From positions 1 to 56,901 of the forward strand of contig JADLBB010000185.1 of assembly GCA_020848055.1 (NCBI GenBank): a stretch of DNA of 56,901 bases. The letters run 5' to 3'. The stretch's first letter is position 1, and every line of letters begins with the position of its first letter. Shown here one piece after another: positions 43,215 through 50,487 of the stretch. Below the pieces are notes generated by a model. It was given only the letters and a program-made list of their open reading frames with translations, was not told the DNA's origin and did no database searches. Both the position numbers and the translations under genes were made by a program. This DNA comes from Chloroflexota bacterium (GTDB lineage: Bacteria; Chloroflexota; Limnocylindria; QHBO01).

Positions 43215-43562
43215 ATGCAGTGGGATCAGATCATCGGTTGGACGGTTGCGATCCTGGGCGCTGGAGGGGTCGGAGCGTTCATCAAGCAGTGGTACGACTC
43301 GCAGAACGCGGTCGACGGCGCGGCGCTGGATCGAACCATCAGGGCGCTCGACGAGACCCGCGAGGAGGTCACGCGCCTGGCCGGACGGACCCTCACGCTC
43401 GAGGCTCAGTATCGGGCGCTGTGGGATGAGCACGTCCTCCTGCAGCGCGCGCACGCCGACCTCATGCGGGACCACGCCGCCGAGCGTGCCAGGTGGCTAA
43501 TGCGAGAGCGGGAGCTCGAGGCTCGCGTTGCCGAACTCGAACGGGCGGCGGCAGCGGGGTGA
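43215..43562 (+). CDS. Membrane-anchored coiled-coil protein (holin/lysis-accessory candidate)
   Basis: N-terminal TM segment (IIGWTVAILGAGGVGAFI) followed by a long charged helix. It is the first gene of the lysis block. Confidence 0.45.
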   Translation: MQWDQIIGWTVAILGAGGVGAFIKQWYDSQNAVDGAALDRTIRALDETREEVTRLAGRTLTLEAQYRALWDEHVLLQRAHADLMRDHAAERARWLMRERELEARVAELERAAAAG

Positions 43563-43626
43563 GGGCCACAACCGACATCGCCCTGGCTGTACGGGCGGTG
43601 AAGCAGTACTTCTCAGGGAGGGCGAA

Positions 43627-44955
43627 ATGACCGATCAACGTGATGCCCGAGGTATGCACATCAGCAACGGCCCACAGTGGCACGTCGAGGACTGCCTGCG
43701 CGCCGCCGGCGACGACGGTGCCGTGACGATCCTCCACCACCTGATGCGCGACGACCCCCTCACCCAACAGCACAGCGACATCGAGAACGGGCGCTGGTAC
43801 TCCAAGCTGCGGTTCGGGCATCCGCCGCAAGGAATCCCACCGGCGCCGAACCGGCTGATCCACGTCCGCATGTACCAGCCGAACTGGAAGTCCCTCGACC
43901 CGGTGGCATGGGCGAAGCACAGCGTCGAGATGCTGTCGGCTATCGACAGCGGCGGCCGGGTCCACAACCTGTGGAACGACCCGCTGGTATGCGTGTCGCC
44001 GGCGAACGAGCAGAACCTGCACTACGAACGCGGCGATAACAACGAGGCGAACCAGCACCTCTACCAGACGGTCGAGGCCTACCGCGAGATCGCGGCCTGG
44101 AACGCGGCCTGGGCCGACGAGGTAAACCGCCTCCTGCCCAATCGCAAAGCGCTCTTGTGCTGGCCCGCGCTGGCGTTCGGCCACGAGCCGCCCGGCTTCC
44201 AGCCCGACGGCGAGTACACCATCCCCGAGATCCGCGCCGCGATCGCGCGCTTCGAGATCATGGCCACGCACCCGTACGCGCTGCTGCACACGGCGGGCGC
44301 GAAGTCCGCTCCCGGCGGGGCCGAGGCCTACTTTTACATGCTGCGCGACTTCCGGCTGGCGGGCTTCGACAACCCGCGGGACCCGGGCGGCGTGCTGGCG
44401 CAGTTCCCCGACAAGCCGCTGCTCATCACCGAGTGCGGCACGTTCACCCACACCGCCGTAGCCCGGACGGCCGAGACGCTGGCGGCCATGAAGGCGACGC
44501 TTGCGAAGGCAGCCGCATCGGGCCGCGTGCTGGGCATCACGTGGTTCATCTGGCACAGCGACCAGGCGCACCCGACGAACGTCATCTGGCCGAACGAGGG
44601 GCTTCGCAACGCGCTCGCCAACCTGCCGCCCTACCGCACCGCAGCCGCGGTGCCGATCGCGCGCGTTTCCGGCGCGGCGCCGCTGCCTTCGCCTGTTCCG
44701 CCGACGGCACCCTCGCCCGCCCCGCCGACGTCGCCCGGTCCTACGACCCTCACCTTCGTCGTCGAGGCGCGGATCCAGGTCCTGCCAGGCGAGAAGAGCT
44801 GGTACGCCGTCGCACGCCGCGCTCTCGGCCATCCGAACGCGACAGCCAAGCACGTGGCCGCGCTGCAGGCGGCGAACCCCGTCGAGGCCGCGGGCGGGCT
44901 GAGGGTCGGCCAGTGGCTGCGCTCGCCCTGGCACAAGGTCGAGAGGAGCGGCTGA
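43627..44955 (+). CDS. Clan GH-A-like TIM-barrel glycoside hydrolase with a C-terminal LysM-like domain (lysin/depolymerase)
   Basis: PANEQN (acid/base NE) and LLITECG (nucleophile E) spaced as in (beta/alpha)8 clan A hydrolases. A Pro-rich linker precedes VLPGEKSWYAVARRALG...LQAANPV..GGLRVGQWLRSP. GGGAGGG upstream of the ATG at 43627. Confidence 0.55.
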   Translation: MTDQRDARGMHISNGPQWHVEDCLRAAGDDGAVTILHHLMRDDPLTQQHSDIENGRWYSKLRFGHPPQGIPPAPNRLIHVRMYQPNWKSLDPVAWAKHSVEMLSAIDSGGRVHNLWNDPLVCVSPANEQNLHYERGDNNEANQHLYQTVEAYREIAAWNAAWADEVNRLLPNRKALLCWPALAFGHEPPGFQPDGEYTIPEIRAAIARFEIMATHPYALLHTAGAKSAPGGAEAYFYMLRDFRLAGFDNPRDPGGVLAQFPDKPLLITECGTFTHTAVARTAETLAAMKATLAKAAASGRVLGITWFIWHSDQAHPTNVIWPNEGLRNALANLPPYRTAAAVPIARVSGAAPLPSPVPPTAPSPAPPTSPGPTTLTFVVEARIQVLPGEKSWYAVARRALGHPNATAKHVAALQAANPVEAAGGLRVGQWLRSPWHKVERSG

Positions 44956-45695
44956 TGGGCTGCCGTCCCTACACGACGACCGTCAAGCCGGGCGACGGCT
45001 GGTACCGCATCGCATCTCGGTTCCGCATCACCGCTGCCGAGCTCACGGCCGCCAACGGCGCGACGCTGCGCACAGTCCTGCACCCGGGCATGGAGCTCGT
45101 GGTGCCCGGGCGCTGCGCCGAGGTGCCGCCGGCGGCGCCGGGTCCGATCGACACGAAGCCCTCGTTCATCTGGGTCACGTCGACCGACGACGATACCGAG
45201 GAGCGGTGGTACCTGCGAAATCGCCGCACGATCTTCATCGTCGTGCACGACCCCGTAGCCGGCTCGCCGGACGGGCTGCTCCGCTACCTGAAGCGCAACG
45301 ACCGCCAGGTCAGCTACGACGACGTGCTCGTCCCTGGCTCGCCGCCAAAGGCGCACGTGCTCGTGCCGTCGGCCGACTGGTGGGTGGGGCACGCCGGCGG
45401 CGGCACCGCGACCGACGTGCGCACCGGGATCGTGTTCGGCAAGGCCGCGGGCGGCAACCTGAACCACGTCTCGTGGGGCGTGTGCATCTACAAGCACGCT
45501 GAAGATGGCGGCCCGTTCAGCGAGCCGCTGTACACGGCGGCCGTGGCGCTCGTCGCGGCGCGTGCGCGTCAGTTCGACGTCGACCCCCAGAACATCCTCG
45601 CCCACCGTGAGGTGGACCCAACGCGGCGCTCGGATCCGCGAGGCGTGAACATCGCCCGCTTCCGTGCGCACGTGATCGAGGCGATGAACCTGTAG
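44955..45695 (+). CDS. LysM + N-acetylmuramoyl-L-alanine amidase (Amidase_2/PGRP) endolysin
   Basis: N-terminal LysM (YTTTVKPGDGWYRIASRFRITAAELTAANG...LHPGMELVVP). The amidase part contains IVVHD..., WVGHAG, and ILAHREVDPTRRSDP. Confidence 0.8.
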   Translation: MGCRPYTTTVKPGDGWYRIASRFRITAAELTAANGATLRTVLHPGMELVVPGRCAEVPPAAPGPIDTKPSFIWVTSTDDDTEERWYLRNRRTIFIVVHDPVAGSPDGLLRYLKRNDRQVSYDDVLVPGSPPKAHVLVPSADWWVGHAGGGTATDVRTGIVFGKAAGGNLNHVSWGVCIYKHAEDGGPFSEPLYTAAVALVAARARQFDVDPQNILAHREVDPTRRSDPRGVNIARFRAHVIEAMNL

Positions 45696-45783
45696 TCCGT
45701 GACCATCGGCGCCGTCGTGGCACCGTGGCGATATCCCGCCGGCGACGGCCGCGCGGGCTGAACCCCTCGAGGAGGATCCGAAC

Positions 45784-46314
45784 ATGCACCTCTCCATCCG
45801 CCCGCGCCGCTTCTGGCGCCCGCTCCTGGCTCTGGCCTTCGTGGTCGGGGTCGCCTTCGTCCTCCGTTCCACGGCCCACGCCGCGGCGCTGCTGCAGGCG
45901 GTCGAACCCGACCCCGGCCTCGTGGAGGTGACCGACCTCGTGAGTTCGCTCATGAAGGTCGTCGCCGTCGCCCTCTCGATCGTCGGGATCACCGGCGGCA
46001 TCAAGGGGCTCGTCGGGGGGATCCCGGATCTGAACGTCGGGAAGAACCCGGACGGCTCGCCGCGGTTCGTCCTGAAGGGTGGGCTGATCCTGTCGTGGGT
46101 CGTCGGGTTCCCGGTGACGCTCGTCGCCCTCTCGCAGGGCTGGGGACCGGACCTGTCCTCGTACCCGTCGGGTGAGGCGGCGATCGCGGGTCTCTGGGCG
46201 TTCTACTCGTCCGTTTCGAACATCGTCCGCAACGCGATCGTCGGTGCCGGCGGCGGCGGGACGGACACCGTGATCCGCGAGCTCGCACGGCGCGGGCTGC
46301 TGTCGCGGGCGTAG
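45784..46314 (+). CDS. Polytopic membrane protein (holin candidate)
   Basis: GAGGAGG upstream. Three to four TM helices. It is the last gene of the lysis block and a hairpin follows it. Confidence 0.5.
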   Translation: MHLSIRPRRFWRPLLALAFVVGVAFVLRSTAHAAALLQAVEPDPGLVEVTDLVSSLMKVVAVALSIVGITGGIKGLVGGIPDLNVGKNPDGSPRFVLKGGLILSWVVGFPVTLVALSQGWGPDLSSYPSGEAAIAGLWAFYSSVSNIVRNAIVGAGGGGTDTVIRELARRGLLSRA

Positions 46315-46357
46315 GAGGGTCTGCGGGAGAAGGTCTGTAAGGCAAAGAGTGCGATCC

Positions 46358-46395
46358 GCGAGCCCTCACCCCCAACATCGGAGGTGGGGGCTCGC
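46358..46395 (+). terminator. Hairpin terminator ending the late/lysis operon
   Basis: 13-bp stem gcgagccctcacc/ggtgggggctcgc (one G:U pair) with a 12-nt loop. Confidence 0.5.
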
Positions 46396-46493
46396 TCTAT
46401 CACGGGGCCTCAAACAAGGGGCCTTGACCAGGCCGCCTGCATGGCCGTAATCTTCGCGCCTCGCCTGACCAGTTGCCTCCCGGAGCAAAATTA

Positions 46494-48452
46494 GTGAACG
46501 ACCCCATCGCGACCTCCTGGGCACACAAGCCCTCTCTCGGGCAGCTGACATTGCCAACCTATTCTGAACGATTCCTTGAGTCCTATGCCGGCAAGATTGT
46601 CACGTCACCGCTCGTGGCCCTGGTGGAATTGGTTGCCAATTCCTGGGATGCGGGCGCCGTTCTTGTTGACCTGACCTGGCCAGATGAAGGTCAGTCGACA
46701 TTTCGACTTTCCGACAATGGTGTCGGTATGAAACATGATGATGTGTGGGGCCGATGGCTCAATCTAAGCTACAACCGACAGAAGGCACAAGGCGAGAATG
46801 TCGTCTTTCCTCCAACAACGGAGCGCACGCATCGGAAAGCATTTGGGCGGAACGGCAAGGGAAGACTCGCGCTATTCGCGTACTGTGACCAATACGTTTT
46901 GACGACTTGGCGTGATGGTCTATTCAATTCGTATCGGGTTGCCCTCACCTCTGGCGGAACGGTGCCCTATAGCGTCGATCACATTGAGACTGGTGACAGA
47001 GACGGATCTGGCACAATGTTCGAAGGGACTCTTGTGAGAAACCATCTGTCACCTACGATGATGGCCCGCGAACTTGCGATGAGATTCATCATCGATCCAA
47101 AGTTTATGATTCAGGTAAACGGACGCAAGATTGACGCTGGCGACCAAGGCATTCCTACTACCGCGCATCCTTTTACGTCTGGTCCTTTCGACTTCGAGAT
47201 AAAGCTCTACGCCGGCTCCAAAAGCGGCCGCCTAAGTGGGTATCACGGGGTAGCATGGTGGGTGAACAGTCGACTGGTCGGCACGCCGTCTTGGAATCGC
47301 CTTGCAAAGGGTCGTCCATACTTGGACGCGCGCACGACATTCGCGAAGCGGCACACAATTATTGTGGAGGCAGACGGACTTGCCAATCATGTTCTCGACG
47401 ACTGGTCTGGATTTGACGAAGACGAAGTTACAACGAAGGCAATCGACGACGTAGAGGGATACGTTGCCGCGATCTGCCAATCGCTGGTAGCCGACCTTCA
47501 TCGCGAACAGAAGACGGATGTCCTTCGCGCCAATGCGGTCGAAATGCGCGCTCTCCCTCCAGGTTCGCGCCACGCAGTAGGCGAGCTGATTTCTGAAATG
47601 CAACGAAGGGTTCCCACGATCGACGAGGATGTCCTAAGTGCAACGGTGGCCGCTGCCTCCAACATCCTGAACGCGAGGTCCGGTCACGCACTACTCCGGC
47701 AACTGGCCGATCTGTCGCTTGATGATCTAGATGGACTGCATCGCCTTCTGGCGAACTGGACGGTTCAGGAAATCCGCATCATTGTTGACGAACTGCAGCG
47801 GCGACTGGATCTCGTCAAGAAGCTAGAAGAGGTGACCTCTCGATCCAGCGACGAACTCCACGAGGTCCAACCACTATTTGACACAGGATTGTGGATCTTT
47901 GGCCCTGAGTACGATGGCATTTCATTCATGTCCAATCGCGCCCTGGCCACTGTGATCAAGAAGTACTTCGCAAAGCAGATAGATGTAAGCCTCATTGAGG
48001 ATCCGGCATCGAGGCCAGACATTGTGGTCACGAGCGACATGTCACTTCGCGTGTTTGCGCGGGATCATTACGACGACACGTTTAATGTTAGCGGGTTTGA
48101 AACAGTGCTTCTACTTGAATTGAAGCGTGGAGGACATACAGTGAATGACAACAACGTGTTCCAGGCGATGAAGTACGCGGCCGAATTGCGTCGAACGAAT
48201 GCTGTACAAGCAGACACGAAAATCGTTTGCATGATATTGGGCAGCAAGATTGCTTGGGGCGTGGGTGAAATGCGGAAGCCGGAGCAGAACATCAGATGTC
48301 TTCCGCGCGACTTTCAGACGGTCCTTCGTCAGGCGCACGCACGGACGTTCAATATTCTTCGACAAATTGAGGACGCCAATGGAGGCGCTATTTACGACAG
48401 CGAAGTCGAGGCCGCGATCATGCAGGCTCCAATTCCCTTCGAAGAGATATAG
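46494..48452 (+). CDS. GHKL (Bergerat-fold, MORC/HATPase_c_3-like) ATPase fused to a C-terminal PD-(D/E)xK nuclease of Shedu/DUF4263 type
   Basis: N box ELVANSWDAGA, G1 box SDNGVGM, G2-like GRNGKGRLA, and GSGTMFEG. The C-terminus carries LFDTGLWIFGPEY, RPDIVV (Asp), LLLELKRG (Glu-x-Lys) and QAMKY (QxxxY). GC is much lower than the phage backbone. GGAG lies 8 nt upstream of the GTG at 46494 (an alternative TTG lies at 46473). Confidence 0.7.
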   Translation: MNDPIATSWAHKPSLGQLTLPTYSERFLESYAGKIVTSPLVALVELVANSWDAGAVLVDLTWPDEGQSTFRLSDNGVGMKHDDVWGRWLNLSYNRQKAQGENVVFPPTTERTHRKAFGRNGKGRLALFAYCDQYVLTTWRDGLFNSYRVALTSGGTVPYSVDHIETGDRDGSGTMFEGTLVRNHLSPTMMARELAMRFIIDPKFMIQVNGRKIDAGDQGIPTTAHPFTSGPFDFEIKLYAGSKSGRLSGYHGVAWWVNSRLVGTPSWNRLAKGRPYLDARTTFAKRHTIIVEADGLANHVLDDWSGFDEDEVTTKAIDDVEGYVAAICQSLVADLHREQKTDVLRANAVEMRALPPGSRHAVGELISEMQRRVPTIDEDVLSATVAAASNILNARSGHALLRQLADLSLDDLDGLHRLLANWTVQEIRIIVDELQRRLDLVKKLEEVTSRSSDELHEVQPLFDTGLWIFGPEYDGISFMSNRALATVIKKYFAKQIDVSLIEDPASRPDIVVTSDMSLRVFARDHYDDTFNVSGFETVLLLELKRGGHTVNDNNVFQAMKYAAELRRTNAVQADTKIVCMILGSKIAWGVGEMRKPEQNIRCLPRDFQTVLRQAHARTFNILRQIEDANGGAIYDSEVEAAIMQAPIPFEEI

Positions 48453-48505
48453 CAGGCTGCAACGTGTAGTCCCCAAGATTCGTCCGTCTGCCGGTTGCTT
48501 GCCAC

Positions 48506-48521
48506 CCGAACGCCCGTTCTA
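48506..48521. promoter_or_regulatory. LexA (Cheo-type) box upstream of the 84-aa gene
   Basis: ccGAAC-GCCC-GTTCta. The 14-mer GAACGCCCGTTCTA is identical to the one at 55694-55707. It lies between TTGCCA (48499) and TACTAT (48520). Confidence 0.55.
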
Positions 48522-48535
48522 CTATCCTCTCCCGC

Positions 48536-48790
48536 ATGCGCTCGTACGACCCGCCCCTCCCCATCCGCGCCCGCGTCGCAGTCGACGGCGCGCCCCACTC
48601 GTTCGTCCTGGACGGCGTGACCTACGTCGTCGAGACGATCGAGGAGGTCCGCGCGCCGTGCCTCGACTGGTGGACGGCGACGCCGGCGCACCGGACGTAC
48701 TACCTCGTCACGACGAACCGCGGGATGGTCGCCGAGCTCGTGCGGGACGAGGTGGCGGGGACGTGGGGGGTGGCGCGACGGTTGGATTGA
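48536..48790 (+). CDS. Small protein (84 aa), DUF6504-like by recollection
   Basis: ORF with high GC, unlike its neighbours. PHSFVLDGVTYVVETIEE....WW.......YYLVTTNRGMVAELVRDEVAGTWGVARRLD. No SD, and the -10-like TACTAT lies 10 nt upstream of the ATG, so the mRNA may be leaderless. Confidence 0.5.
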   Translation: MRSYDPPLPIRARVAVDGAPHSFVLDGVTYVVETIEEVRAPCLDWWTATPAHRTYYLVTTNRGMVAELVRDEVAGTWGVARRLD

Positions 48791-49080
48791 CCGCGTGGGC
48801 GAACCGTCACGGCGACTGTTGCGCCGTTGTGTACTCGATGGACCGCAGCCAGATCGTCAGGTGCCAATTGCACAGCCATTGGCTGGTACTGTCAGGCTGA
48901 GGCACTCAGTCGTCAGAAGTACTCGGCTCTGTGCCCGGTCCGACACGGCCGACACTTCCCACTGTCGGAGCATGCACTCGCGTTCTTCCGACCACTCGCA
49001 CCTGTCCGACCAGCTCGGGGGCGTACGAGATCTCACCCGCAACGTGCGTCGCCGATGACCGCAAGCGATAGGGGCCGTCG

Positions 49081-50268
49081 CTAAGGCTCACCGCTAGGTC
49101 CGTCTGTGGCCCCGTGGTCAGCTCCATCTGCACCTCGGCCTCCTCCCGCGATCAGCTGATCTGTCGATCGCCAACAGGCGCTCTTCTGGACACTCGTGAC
49201 GCGCAGCTCGGATGAGGGGAGTCGCTGCGCGTTGATCACTCCGCGCATCTCGAACCGACTCGCCCAACGGGCGCTCTCCATCAAGGCGAGCACGAGAGTG
49301 TAGTCAACCGGCGGCACCATGACAACTTCCAGTTTCTGAAGCACGTTCTGCAGAACCTGCTGTTGGACCTCAGGCGGCAATCCGGCCGGGATGTTCACCT
49401 GAGGAGCCGGGCCGAACAGCGCTGCTGCCGCTCCGGATGACGCCAGTTCTGAGGTCGGGTTGAACGGTTCGCGCGTATTTAGCTCGGCTTCGATGTCCTG
49501 CCACACTGCGGAAATCAGCCCCTCAAGGTCAGGCTCCGGCCTAATCACCTTCAACCCCATCTGTTCGGCCTCGGTTCGGCTCAAAGGGTACCCGTGTGCC
49601 TGGAATGTCTTGTTGAGCGCCTCCGCTATGTTGCGAGCCTGCTGAGCTTCAGCGTCGGACGCCATGTGCATACGGAGTAGCTTCTCTCCCATGCTGAGAG
49701 ATAGCTGCGTGCTGCGCGCCGCAACACCGATAGGGACGGCACCAACCTCTGAGCAGAGGAGCTCGAACACTCGTACAAGCTGGCCCTGATCAGTCAGGCC
49801 AACTGTGTTACGCGCAAAGTCGAGGAACGCGGCAGCATCTTCTGAACCGAACGCAGTCTGGGTGGCTGGCCCCTCGTCGCCTGACCGGCGTACAGAGGTT
49901 ATCTGGGGATCGATCGGCCCCAGGTTCCCGTAACGGTGCATGACAATCTCGTCTGCCCCGAGCGCGATGAGCGTGGCTGCACTGAAAGCCGCTTGAGGAA
50001 CCAGAACCGCGAAATGGTCCACCCTCTCGCGAATGTGGGACACCATGCGCCATGCCACAAGCGGATCGCCGCCGTTGCTCGCCAGTAGCAGGTCGAGGCA
50101 TGTTGCATCGGCCGGCAGTGCATCCAGCTGGCGGAGGAGCTCGCCGATCGCATCTGAGCTGATCTTGGCAGTTGCACCGGGCCGCGTGCCTGTGACGTAC
50201 GCGACCAATGGCCTTCCACGTATCTGCTCAATGTTGGAGTACAAGGCCATACGGCGTTCGATTCCCAT
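49081..50268 (-). CDS. SDH-family ClpP/crotonase-fold serine protease (S49/SppA-like)
   Basis: LDLLLASNGGDPLVAWRMVSHIRERVDHFAVLVPQAAFSAATLIALGADEIVMHRYGNLGPIDPQ matches the serine dehydrogenase proteinase family pattern. GGAGGG lies 10 nt upstream of the ATG at 50268 (the ORF extends to 50322). Confidence 0.7.
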   Translation of the reverse strand: MGIERRMALYSNIEQIRGRPLVAYVTGTRPGATAKISSDAIGELLRQLDALPADATCLDLLLASNGGDPLVAWRMVSHIRERVDHFAVLVPQAAFSAATLIALGADEIVMHRYGNLGPIDPQITSVRRSGDEGPATQTAFGSEDAAAFLDFARNTVGLTDQGQLVRVFELLCSEVGAVPIGVAARSTQLSLSMGEKLLRMHMASDAEAQQARNIAEALNKTFQAHGYPLSRTEAEQMGLKVIRPEPDLEGLISAVWQDIEAELNTREPFNPTSELASSGAAAALFGPAPQVNIPAGLPPEVQQQVLQNVLQKLEVVMVPPVDYTLVLALMESARWASRFEMRGVINAQRLPSSELRVTSVQKSACWRSTDQLIAGGGRGADGADHGATDGPSGEP

Positions 50269-50487
50269 GGTGTTGTTACCCTCCGCGAGGTTCTGCGGTG
50301 CATCGACAAGTGCGAATAGCATGATGCGCCACCATGCGATTCAAATCCAACGGCAGCGGAACCTGGCAGCGCAGCGACTGGAGGGTCCTGAGAAACGCTC
50401 CCGTAGTACGCTCTCCGATCCCAGCCGCCTTGCCCCCAGCCTCCGCCCCAGGTATAACCCCGCGCCACCCTGGAGGCCCGCCCCCAC

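Noticed and set aside
48795-49133. Short ORFs on both strands between the 84-aa gene and the protease stop
   Set aside because: Their compositions are not protein-like, they have no SD, and they overlap one another. The region may be a decayed remnant or a 3' UTR, and no call can be supported.
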